DNA of 32,000 nt, from contig NC_006576.1 of assembly GCF_000010065.1 (NCBI RefSeq), forward strand, positions 810,001 through 842,000. Reading direction: 5' to 3'. Positions 1 through 7,889 of this stretch are shown here, piece by piece; position 1 is the first letter of the stretch; every line of letters starts with the position of its first letter. This DNA comes from Synechococcus elongatus PCC 6301. Its GTDB lineage: Bacteria > Cyanobacteriota > Cyanobacteriia > Synechococcales > Synechococcaceae. The position numbers and the translations under genes were made by a program. The notes beneath the pieces are model-generated. The model was not told the DNA's origin. It saw nothing but the letters and a program-made list of their open reading frames with translations, and did not search any database.

Positions 1-687
1 ATTAGTCTCGAAGCGTTGCTGCGCTGGAACCATCCCCATTTCGGCTACATTTCACCCGCCCTTTTCATTCCCTTGGCTGAAGATTCTGGGCAAATTGAAT
101 CGCTAGGAGAATGGGCTGTTCATGAAGCCTGCCATCAGCTAGCGGAGTGGGCTAAACAACCCGATCTAGCGCACTTGCGCGTAGCAGTGAACTGCAGCTT
201 TGTTGATCTCAAGACCGAACGCTGGGCTGCGACAGTCAAGACAGCACTCCAGAGTAGTCAACTGCCACCTTCCCAGTTGATTGTGGAATATACCGAAAGC
301 GCAATTGCCAAGGATCCAGCTGCTGCGATCGCCCTCAGTTCCTATCTACAAGATCTAGGAGTAGATGTCGCACTCGATGACTTTGGATCGGGGTATTCCA
401 GCATGGCCTACCTCATTCAATTCCAAGCGCAGGGGCTCAAAATCGATCGCAGTTTAATCACCCCGATCGTAGAAGACGAGCGATCGCAGGCCGTGGTGCG
501 TACGATTATTGATTTAGCCAAACGGCTGGGTTTGAGAACCACTGCAGAAGGCGTAGAAGAACGAGAACAACTGGAATTACTCCATAGTTGGGGCTGTGAT
601 TTTGCCCAAGGATTCTACTTCAGCAGACCCCTACTGGCTGACGATCTCCCTGACTTTATTCGCAACTACGAAGGATTGTCCTTGTGA
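1..687 (+). CDS. EAL-domain cyclic-di-GMP phosphodiesterase, C-terminal part (5' end lies upstream of the window)
   Basis: Frame 1 is open from nt 1 (ISLEALLRWNHP...), so the listed ORF 16..687 is only the Met-trimmed tail. EAL-family motifs seen: EALLR, DDFGSGYSS, KIDRS, EGVE, QGFYF. Confidence 0.9.
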   Translation: MSLEALLRWNHPHFGYISPALFIPLAEDSGQIESLGEWAVHEACHQLAEWAKQPDLAHLRVAVNCSFVDLKTERWAATVKTALQSSQLPPSQLIVEYTESAIAKDPAAAIALSSYLQDLGVDVALDDFGSGYSSMAYLIQFQAQGLKIDRSLITPIVEDERSQAVVRTIIDLAKRLGLRTTAEGVEEREQLELLHSWGCDFAQGFYFSRPLLADDLPDFIRNYEGLSL

Positions 688-771
688 TTTGCTTGGATTA
701 AAACGCCTCAGATCACACCAAAGATTACTAATTCGTCCCATCCTTGGCAGCACGATCGCAATCCGCTGCAA

Positions 772-1503
772 TTACGACTCCTGCGATCGCCCTAGATAGA
801 GTTCACCGAGGAGCGGATCATCAAGAAGCTCTGCAGCTGGACCAGTTTGACGATCGCGACCACTCTCAAGAATGCAACCACGATCGGCTAGTTGTAGGGC
901 ACGACGGGTGTTTTGCTCCACCAAAATGATTGTGGTGCCGCTGTTGTTAATCGCACGAATTTGTTCGAAGACCGTCGCAACCATCAGCGGCGACAGGGCT
1001 GCTGATGGTTCATCCAAAACCAACAGCGTCGGTTCTGCCGCCAAGGCTCGCCCCATTGCTAAGAGTTGACGTTCACCGCCGGACAGCGTTCCAGCTCGCT
1101 GCGATCGCCGAGTGGCGAGGGTCGGGAACAGGTCATAGATGCGGGCGATCGCAGCGGGTCGATGCTGGGGCCGGATTTGGAACAGCCCCATCTCTAGATT
1201 TTCAGCTACCGTCAAGCTGGCAAAAACGTTTCGCACTTGCGGCACATAACCAATGCCCAACCGCACGATCGCTTCGGAGCTGAGACGACTGATCTCTTGC
1301 CCGCGGAAACGAATGCTGCCACTGCGTACTGGTACCAGACCCAGTAGCGTCTTAGCCAAAGTAGATTTTCCGGCGCCATTGGGTCCCAAGAGCGTCAGCA
1401 ATTCACCCGCCGCGACTTGGAGATTGACCCCTTGGACAATATCCAGATCGGGAAGGTAGCCCGCAAAAACTTGGTCTAGATCAAGCAGTGGCGCAGCATT
1501 CAT
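772..1503 (-). CDS. ABC transporter ATP-binding protein, LivF/NatE/UrtE-like (branched-chain amino acid type)
   Basis: 243 aa. Walker A GPNGAGKST, signature LSGGERQ, Walker B LLVLDEPS. The C-terminal ...GELYLG ending is typical of LivF-type ATPases. No cognate permease or binding protein in the window. Confidence 0.85.
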   Translation of the reverse strand: MNAAPLLDLDQVFAGYLPDLDIVQGVNLQVAAGELLTLLGPNGAGKSTLAKTLLGLVPVRSGSIRFRGQEISRLSSEAIVRLGIGYVPQVRNVFASLTVAENLEMGLFQIRPQHRPAAIARIYDLFPTLATRRSQRAGTLSGGERQLLAMGRALAAEPTLLVLDEPSAALSPLMVATVFEQIRAINNSGTTIILVEQNTRRALQLADRGCILESGRDRQTGPAAELLDDPLLGELYLGRSQES

Positions 1504-1509
1504 TGGACC

Positions 1510-1734
1510 TTAGGGCGTTTGCTGCAACTCGGGACGTTCTTCGGGCAGAATGGCACCTTCGACCGGACAGACTTGCAGGCAAATACCGCAGTCGATGCAG
1601 GTGCTGAAGTCAATCCAGTACCAAGTCGTTCCCTTTTGGTTGCGTCCCGGCCCTTCTTGGATGCAAGCAACCGGGCAGGCATCGACACAGTCAGCGACCC
1701 CTTCGCAGGTATTCGTAACAATGGTGTGCGCCAC
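1510..1734 (-). CDS. small dicluster (Fe-S) ferredoxin
   Basis: 74 aa with two Cys clusters, CEGVADCVDACP...C and CIDCGICLQVCP. Stop lies 6 nt upstream of the ABC ATPase start. The overlapping 1500..1742 ORF is the wrong frame. Confidence 0.85.
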   Translation of the reverse strand: MAHTIVTNTCEGVADCVDACPVACIQEGPGRNQKGTTWYWIDFSTCIDCGICLQVCPVEGAILPEERPELQQTP

Positions 1735-1766
1735 AACAGCAAGTCAGCGAGATAACGCCCCCTAGC

Positions 1767-3029
1767 CTAACAAGTTGTGGTGGCTCGCTCCGCCACGGCC
1801 ACCGCTTCACTCTGGGGGGCGCTGCCGCTACTCACCCAAACAATGCGACCAATCCGTCGCCGCTGGGCAAAGGCCTGCACCACTTCTGGCCGGCGATCGC
1901 TGTCGAGGTAGAGCTCCACTCGCAGCTGGTCCTGACGCTGCAGACGCTGGGCTTCGGCCAAAGCAGCCCCATAAGCCTCGGAATCAACGGGAATCACCAG
2001 TTGATCGATGGCGGGCGGGCGGTGGGGCAAGCGGTTGGCCGCTAGCAATACCTGTTGCAGGTTCTCAATGTTGCAGGAGAAACCGATGCCGGGCTGACCG
2101 GCTGCCTGCGGATCGTAGACATCCAAGAGGCGATCATAGCGGCCGCCCTGAGCCAACACCCAAGGCCCAGTCGGTGTTTCATAGACGACTTCGAAGACGA
2201 TGCCAGTGTAGTAGTCAAAGCTGCGCAGCAAGCTTAAATCGAGCAGCAACGGCGAATCTTGGGGGCCAGCGCTAGCGTTATAGAGCTCAACCAGTTGGGC
2301 TAGGCGATCGCGCAGGGTCTGTTCGAGGGGAGTCAGGGTCAGTTGCTGGAGTTTGGCAAAAACCTGATCTGGTTGACCGCGTAGATCATGCAGTAACAAG
2401 GCGCGATCGCGGAGTTGGGACTCGAGGGGCAGAGATTCTAAGGTGACGCGATCGAGCTGAGCGATCGCCTGCCGCACCTTTTCGCGCAGGTCTTTGGGGA
2501 AGGGTTGTAGGAGCGATCGGGTCAGACTGGCTTCACCGACGACTAGATGCCAGCTCCCCAGCGGCGGCTGTCCAAAGCCCAGCTCCGCCAAAGCATCCGC
2601 CAGCACGTGCAACACTTCAGCATCTGCCAGCGTCCCGCCGACCCCCAGCAGTTCCACGCCAGCTTGAAACAGTTCGCGCTGCTGGAGGCGATCGCCTTGG
2701 AAGGCCGGACGAAAGACATTGGCGAGGTAGTAGAGCCGCAGCGGCAGGGAAGAACCTGCCAGCCGAGTGACTGCCGCTCGCGCGATCGAAGCCGTCAACT
2801 CCGGCCGCAGTCCCAAGCCCGACTCCTCATCGGACTGCACTTGGATTACCGCTGAGCGCTGCACAGCACCGCCGGCTACCAAGGTATCCAACCGCTCCAA
2901 TGTCGGCGTGATGATGCGTTGATAGCCCCACTGCTGAAAAACCTGCTGCAAGCGGCTTTCGATCCAGCGCTTTTGGGTCACGTCTTGGGGCAGCAGGTCG
3001 CGAGTACCGGCTGGAGGCTGATGCACCAT
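1767..3029 (-). CDS. hisZ: ATP phosphoribosyltransferase regulatory subunit HisZ (HisRS paralogue)
   Basis: 420 aa. The N-terminus PAGTRDLLPQDV...WGYQRIITPTLE is the class-II HisRS-like core typical of HisZ. A short-form hisG is present at the other end of the window. Confidence 0.8.
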   Translation of the reverse strand: MVHQPPAGTRDLLPQDVTQKRWIESRLQQVFQQWGYQRIITPTLERLDTLVAGGAVQRSAVIQVQSDEESGLGLRPELTASIARAAVTRLAGSSLPLRLYYLANVFRPAFQGDRLQQRELFQAGVELLGVGGTLADAEVLHVLADALAELGFGQPPLGSWHLVVGEASLTRSLLQPFPKDLREKVRQAIAQLDRVTLESLPLESQLRDRALLLHDLRGQPDQVFAKLQQLTLTPLEQTLRDRLAQLVELYNASAGPQDSPLLLDLSLLRSFDYYTGIVFEVVYETPTGPWVLAQGGRYDRLLDVYDPQAAGQPGIGFSCNIENLQQVLLAANRLPHRPPAIDQLVIPVDSEAYGAALAEAQRLQRQDQLRVELYLDSDRRPEVVQAFAQRRRIGRIVWVSSGSAPQSEAVAVAERATTTC

Positions 3030-3054
3030 GAATTTGATCTGTCCTCAGTCTGTC

Positions 3055-3975
3055 TTACTTGTTCTTGCTAAACCAACCGCCGAGCAGCCCTCGCTTGCCT
3101 TTGGGCGGTGGCGGCGGCGCAGCCTTGGCGTCTTGCTGGGCGAGTTGCCGTTGGGCCTCAAGGGCTTGAGCATTTTGAGGATCCAGCGCCAGAGCCCTGC
3201 GAATTGAAACCCGAGCCATGGTCAGTTGATTTTGCTGCAAATAGATGGACCCCATCAAGGCATGGCAGCGGCTATCGTTGGCATCGAGACGGAGGGCATC
3301 CCGCAGTTCCGCGATCGCCGGAGCAAAGGCTTGCTTGCTGACGTAGTCCTCAGCCCGTCGTAGGTAACTGGCAACCCGCTCAGATGTACTCGTGGCTCCA
3401 GTTGCGACAGGAGCCGCTTCCCCTTGAGTCGCAGCTGTCGCAGCAGCAGGAACTGGGGTGACTGTAACCTTAGCCATCGGCATTGTTTCAGCCACGCCCG
3501 GATTGCGCTGCAGATAGACAAGGTTGAGCTCGCTCAGCTGGTTAATGCGTTCTTCAATTTCCGAGAGCGAGCTGTAGAGATCGGTCGAGAGTTGCTGAAC
3601 AAGAGCTTGATAGTCGGCACGAATTTGAGGACTGATGGCCAGCTTTTGAGCAGCCTCATGCATGGCTCGAATCGAGATTTGGCGCGCTCGGGCCTGCTGC
3701 GCTTTGGCTTGTAATACCAGGAGGTGATCTTGATAGCGCTGCGGCTGTGATAAGGCGTTGTAAGCCGGGTTGACAACTCTGGCAAGCACGAGGGTACTGG
3801 TGTCTCGCAGCTGTTGCCGATCGCCCTGCAAGCGATCAGGGTGAAGCCGACGCACAATTTGGAGGTACTGACGACGAATTTGTTCGGGTGTCGCATCGAC
3901 AGAGACGCCCAAAATAGCGTGATAGTCGTTGAAGTCGTCGAGCTGAAACAGCCCCTTATCGAGGCGGAGAACCAT
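3055..3975 (-). CDS. J-domain (DnaJ-like) protein with C-terminal TPR region
   Basis: 306 aa. J-domain DYHAILGVSVDATPEQIRRQYLQIVRRLHPDR carries the HPD tripeptide. C-terminal TPR-like repeats (AIAELRDALRLDANDSRCHALMGSIYLQQNQ...ALALDPQNAQA). No Zn-finger or G/F region, so not canonical DnaJ. Confidence 0.8.
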   Translation of the reverse strand: MVLRLDKGLFQLDDFNDYHAILGVSVDATPEQIRRQYLQIVRRLHPDRLQGDRQQLRDTSTLVLARVVNPAYNALSQPQRYQDHLLVLQAKAQQARARQISIRAMHEAAQKLAISPQIRADYQALVQQLSTDLYSSLSEIEERINQLSELNLVYLQRNPGVAETMPMAKVTVTPVPAAATAATQGEAAPVATGATSTSERVASYLRRAEDYVSKQAFAPAIAELRDALRLDANDSRCHALMGSIYLQQNQLTMARVSIRRALALDPQNAQALEAQRQLAQQDAKAAPPPPPKGKRGLLGGWFSKNK

Positions 3976-3990
3976 TTGCCTAAGCTCCTG

Positions 3991-4011
3991 AAAAACCGCC
4001 GAGGAGCGGCG
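3991..4011 (-). terminator. possible intrinsic terminator or 5'-leader hairpin between the antiporter and J-protein genes
   Basis: On the minus strand: CGCCG-CTCCT-CGGCG (5-bp GC stem) followed by G+TTTTT. It sits only 16 nt upstream of the J-protein start, so it could be a leader structure instead. Confidence 0.3.
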
Positions 4012-4099
4012 TCCTTTAGACTTACCCGTCGCACCAAGGACTCGCTAGCACTGGGCTATACCTAACTTGCCAAATCTTTTGATGCATCTGAGTTCGACC

Positions 4100-5683
4100 T
4101 TAGTCGGGGATCGCGGGGGGCTGAGCAGGGAAAGAGAGCGTCTCCCCCAGGATCGGTGAGAGTTCCTGACTAAGCTGGCCAGATCGCACAAATTCCGCGT
4201 AGGTATCCGCTTCGATCGCCAACAGTTCGTCTTGTAGGCTCTCGAGTGCATAGTGCTGCAACTCGGGCTGGCGATCACAGAGTTCCGTCAGCTCTTGCGC
4301 CAGACTCTTCAGCTTGGCTTCAATCAACTGGATTTGCTCGCGACAAAACTCTGGGTCAATCTCCGCCTGCGGTTCGGCCTGTTGTAAGCGCAGCAGCACC
4401 CGCTGTAAGGCCGTTTGGCGCGCGATCGCCTCCGCATACTGTTGCCGTAGAGCTTGATCGCCGAGTAATCCCAGTGCTCCCAGCAGTGGTTTCATCGTCA
4501 GCCCTTGGACCAACAGGGTAAACAGCACCGAGCCAAACACGGTCGCCGTAATCAAATCCCGCTGGAGCAGCACCGTCGGAATGCTCAGCGCTAGCGCGAT
4601 CGAAACAGCGCCGCGAATGCCACCCCACCAGACCACAACCAACTCGCGCCACGAGAGGTCGGAGTGCGACAGCCGATTACTGAGCCAGCCCAAGCCAAAG
4701 GTCGCGATCGCTCTTGCTGCCAGCATCGCCACGACAGTAATCGCGATCGCTCCACGGTTCTGCCAGAGACTCTCCAAGGGCACCTGATCGCCAATCAAGA
4801 GAAAGACGATTGAGTTGACAAAAAAAGCTAGAAACTCCCAGAACTCCGTGACGATGACTCGGGTGCGTGGGCTCATGCCAATGCGCGAGCCAAAATTGCC
4901 CAAAATCAGGCCAACCGGCACCACTGCAATCACGCCAGAACCGCCCAGTTGCTCACTCAAGAGATAACTGCCGTAGGCGGCCACAAGGGCCAAGGATTGT
5001 TCGAGCAGCGGTAGATCGAGTCGTTGCGTCAGAAACGAAACCCCGAACCCGATCAGGCAACCGGAACCAATGCCGATACCGAGATAGCGAATTAAGTCGG
5101 CCAGCAGTGATTTTGCCTCAAACCCTTGCACTTCTAGCGGCAGCGCTAGCAGAAGACTGAGGGTAACAACTGCGACCCCATCGTTGAAAAGACTTTCGCC
5201 CTCGACCAAGGTTCGTGTCCGTTCTGCCACCCCTAACTCACGGAACATGGCGATCACAGACACTGGATCTGTTGTCGCCAAACTTGCCCCAATCAAGAGG
5301 GCAATCACGATAGGAACTGAGGTAGTCTGCGAGAGTCCAAAAGCGATACCAAGGATTGAAATTCCGACGCCAATCACGGCATAGAGGCTGATTGGAACCC
5401 AATCTTTTTTGAGGTTATTCCATTTCAAATTCCAAGCCGCTTCAAACAATAGGGGCGGCAAGAAAATCGAGAGAATTAACTCCGGCGATAAGTTGATCAG
5501 CCGGACATTAAATAGGGCCAGCCCTAACCCCGCAATCACCAAAAGTAAAGTGTAGGGAATTTGGCGAAACCAGCTAAAAACCTGGGGTAGAGTTGCCACA
5601 CTAAGGGCGACGACCAGAGCCAAAAAAAACCGCTCTAATCCGTATTCCAGCGCTGGCTCAGTGGCCAGGACTTCAAGGCTCAT
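4100..5683 (-). CDS. Na+/H+ (cation:proton) antiporter, CPA1/NhaP type
   Basis: 527 aa, polytopic. Conserved ATTDPVSV motif. Roughly 120-aa soluble C-terminal tail. Confidence 0.85.
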   Translation of the reverse strand: MSLEVLATEPALEYGLERFFLALVVALSVATLPQVFSWFRQIPYTLLLVIAGLGLALFNVRLINLSPELILSIFLPPLLFEAAWNLKWNNLKKDWVPISLYAVIGVGISILGIAFGLSQTTSVPIVIALLIGASLATTDPVSVIAMFRELGVAERTRTLVEGESLFNDGVAVVTLSLLLALPLEVQGFEAKSLLADLIRYLGIGIGSGCLIGFGVSFLTQRLDLPLLEQSLALVAAYGSYLLSEQLGGSGVIAVVPVGLILGNFGSRIGMSPRTRVIVTEFWEFLAFFVNSIVFLLIGDQVPLESLWQNRGAIAITVVAMLAARAIATFGLGWLSNRLSHSDLSWRELVVVWWGGIRGAVSIALALSIPTVLLQRDLITATVFGSVLFTLLVQGLTMKPLLGALGLLGDQALRQQYAEAIARQTALQRVLLRLQQAEPQAEIDPEFCREQIQLIEAKLKSLAQELTELCDRQPELQHYALESLQDELLAIEADTYAEFVRSGQLSQELSPILGETLSFPAQPPAIPD

Positions 5684-5782
5684 GGGTGTGTGTGTAGCAG
5701 GCTATCGTCCATTATTCGGCCTCAGCCTCGTAATCCTGCAGCCAGCGGTGTTTTTGGGCCAAGCGACTCAGCGATCGCGGGA

Positions 5783-6025
5783 TCAATTCCAGCGATCCAA
5801 AAACGTTTCGAATGCTTCTGGATCTAGATCCTCTGCCGTGAACCCCCAGCCCAAATCCTGATCGGCCGGAGCGGCATAGTGCTGCGCGATCGCAGTTTGT
5901 CGATGCTGCCGCCGCCAGGTTTCGAGGGCTTCCTGAATGACCGCTTCAGGGTCCAGCCCCTGCGCTTCGATGTAGGCGAGCAAATGATCCGCGATTTCCA
6001 AGGTGTAGCGAGCCATCGTCAGCAA
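5783..6025 (-). CDS. hypothetical small protein, ribbon-helix-helix-like N-terminus
   Basis: 80 aa. RYTLEIADHLLAYIEAQGLDPEAVIQEALETWRRQ has a beta-strand/helix/helix pattern like CopG/antitoxin RHH domains. The tail is acidic. No partner toxin ORF seen. Confidence 0.5.
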   Translation of the reverse strand: MLTMARYTLEIADHLLAYIEAQGLDPEAVIQEALETWRRQHRQTAIAQHYAAPADQDLGWGFTAEDLDPEAFETFLDRWN

Positions 6026-6069
6026 TCACCAAGAAGAACTGTTCGGTCAGGGTTTAGGGCGTCTGGGGT

Positions 6070-7797
6070 TCAGTCTCGGGGAGGGGGCCCAGGTTCCACT
6101 GGCACAGCGACTTGGGGGGCCGGTGCTAGCACGGCTTCCACGAGAACCCAGCCCTGCATGGAGGCACGGTGCTGCCAGTTGTCTGGCAAGGCGGGGACTT
6201 GGGCAGGGGCAACCCAAACGCGATCGCCCGCTGGCCGATCGGTAATCGTCTGCAGGCGCTGACCCAAGCGTGGACTGTTGAGGGCCAGTTGAATCCACTG
6301 CTGATGAGTTGTGCCATCCACCGGATCGATCGCCCAAAAATTGACGGGTGCTTCTCGTAATAGAGCTTGCACTGCCGGTTGTTGCAGTGCGTAGCGCGTT
6401 ACGGGACTGCGATCGCTCAGCAGGTGCCAATGGCTGACGGTGGCTAGCCCCAACCAGGGTCCGAGCAGCCAGCCACAGCACCAAAGCAGACTGGCTTTCC
6501 GCAGTTGTTGCCGCTGGCTATAGACAATCGGCAGAGTTAGCCAGCCCAGCCCTAGCGCGATCGCCACCCAGCCATAGGGACGCAAACTCGGATCGGCAAG
6601 GGCTGAAATTTGACCCGAGAGCAGGGCAATCGCAGCGAGTACCAACACCAGTCCCAATCCGCCAAAGGTCCAGCTCAGCATTGCAGTCCAGCGATGAGTC
6701 GGCTGACGAGCACTCAAGCTAAATCCAGAGGATGGCTTCAGACTGGTCGCCAGCCAGCTCAAGCTCATTGCTGCCAGCAAAGCCACCCAGGGCAACAGCT
6801 GCAAGGCGTAGTAAGGCGTGCGGGTGCGAAAGCTGGAGAGAATCAGCAATAGTAGCAGCGGATAGACACCCAGTAGCCATTGATAGTGCCGCTGTAAATC
6901 ACGATCGCGTTCCGGTCGCAGCCAGAGGCGAACCCAGCCAATTAGCCCAAACAGTGGCCATGGGAAAGCATTGAGCGGCAAGTTCCAGAGGTAGAAAGTC
7001 CAAGGCTGGCTGTAGAGATCTTCGCTGGCCAGAAAGAAAAATTTGTCGAAGAGTTGGGCGATCGCGAGATCACCCCAGCGCTGCTGACTGCCCCAGAGCC
7101 AAATCCCGACCGGAATCCAGCCGACGATGAGGCCAAGCCAGAGGCCACGATTGCGCAGTAGCTTCGGCGCATACCAGAAAAACCAAGGAGCGATCGCAAG
7201 CAGTGGCACGCCAATCATGAAGCCTTTGATCAAAAAGCCAAGGCCAACCCCCAAACCCGCCACAAAGCCCCAGAGATTAGCTCGGCGATCGCCCGAGACG
7301 GCTTGTAGGAGCGCCCAAATCGAGAGCAACTCGACCGCTAGCAACGGCATATCTTGGGTTGCTAGTTGCGCGTACTGAAACCAAAGGGGCGTCACTAGCA
7401 GAATGCCCGCCGCCAACAGGGCTTGGGGACGAGGCAAGAGGCGATCGCCAATCGCAAAGGTCAACCAGAGCGTTGCCAGTCCACTGAGCAAAGCCGGTAG
7501 GCGGACGGCAGTGGTGCAGAAGCCAAACAGCTTGTAACTCGCAGCGATCAGCCATTGCACCCCGATTGTGCGGTCGTAGAGTGGCTCTTGCCACCAGCGC
7601 GGCGTTACCCAATCACCCGTTTCCACAATCCAACGGGCCTGCAGGGCGTAATAGCCCTCATCGTGAGACATCAGACTTGTTGAGGAGCCAAGACTCAACC
7701 CCACCAAGATCAGGAAAGCTAACAGCAGCAGACCGAGGGCGATCGCGATCGCGGGTCGGCGCGGGCCCATAATCCTTGGTGAGCGGCTCGAAAACAT
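6070..7797 (-). CDS. GT-C fold glycosyltransferase, family 39 (ArnT/PMT_2-like)
   Basis: 575 aa, more than 10 predicted TM segments. The N-terminal loop DEGYYALQARWIVETGDW is typical of ArnT/PMT-like enzymes. The start could be M1 or M10 (7770). Confidence 0.75.
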   Translation of the reverse strand: MFSSRSPRIMGPRRPAIAIALGLLLLAFLILVGLSLGSSTSLMSHDEGYYALQARWIVETGDWVTPRWWQEPLYDRTIGVQWLIAASYKLFGFCTTAVRLPALLSGLATLWLTFAIGDRLLPRPQALLAAGILLVTPLWFQYAQLATQDMPLLAVELLSIWALLQAVSGDRRANLWGFVAGLGVGLGFLIKGFMIGVPLLAIAPWFFWYAPKLLRNRGLWLGLIVGWIPVGIWLWGSQQRWGDLAIAQLFDKFFFLASEDLYSQPWTFYLWNLPLNAFPWPLFGLIGWVRLWLRPERDRDLQRHYQWLLGVYPLLLLLILSSFRTRTPYYALQLLPWVALLAAMSLSWLATSLKPSSGFSLSARQPTHRWTAMLSWTFGGLGLVLVLAAIALLSGQISALADPSLRPYGWVAIALGLGWLTLPIVYSQRQQLRKASLLWCCGWLLGPWLGLATVSHWHLLSDRSPVTRYALQQPAVQALLREAPVNFWAIDPVDGTTHQQWIQLALNSPRLGQRLQTITDRPAGDRVWVAPAQVPALPDNWQHRASMQGWVLVEAVLAPAPQVAVPVEPGPPPRD

Positions 7798-7889
7798 CGA
7801 TACCAGCCATGCAACGCCCCTACGCTACCACCCCACCTTTTCGGATCGGAGACTAGGATGGGGGCGTTTTCTGTGAGGCTGACTAGCGC

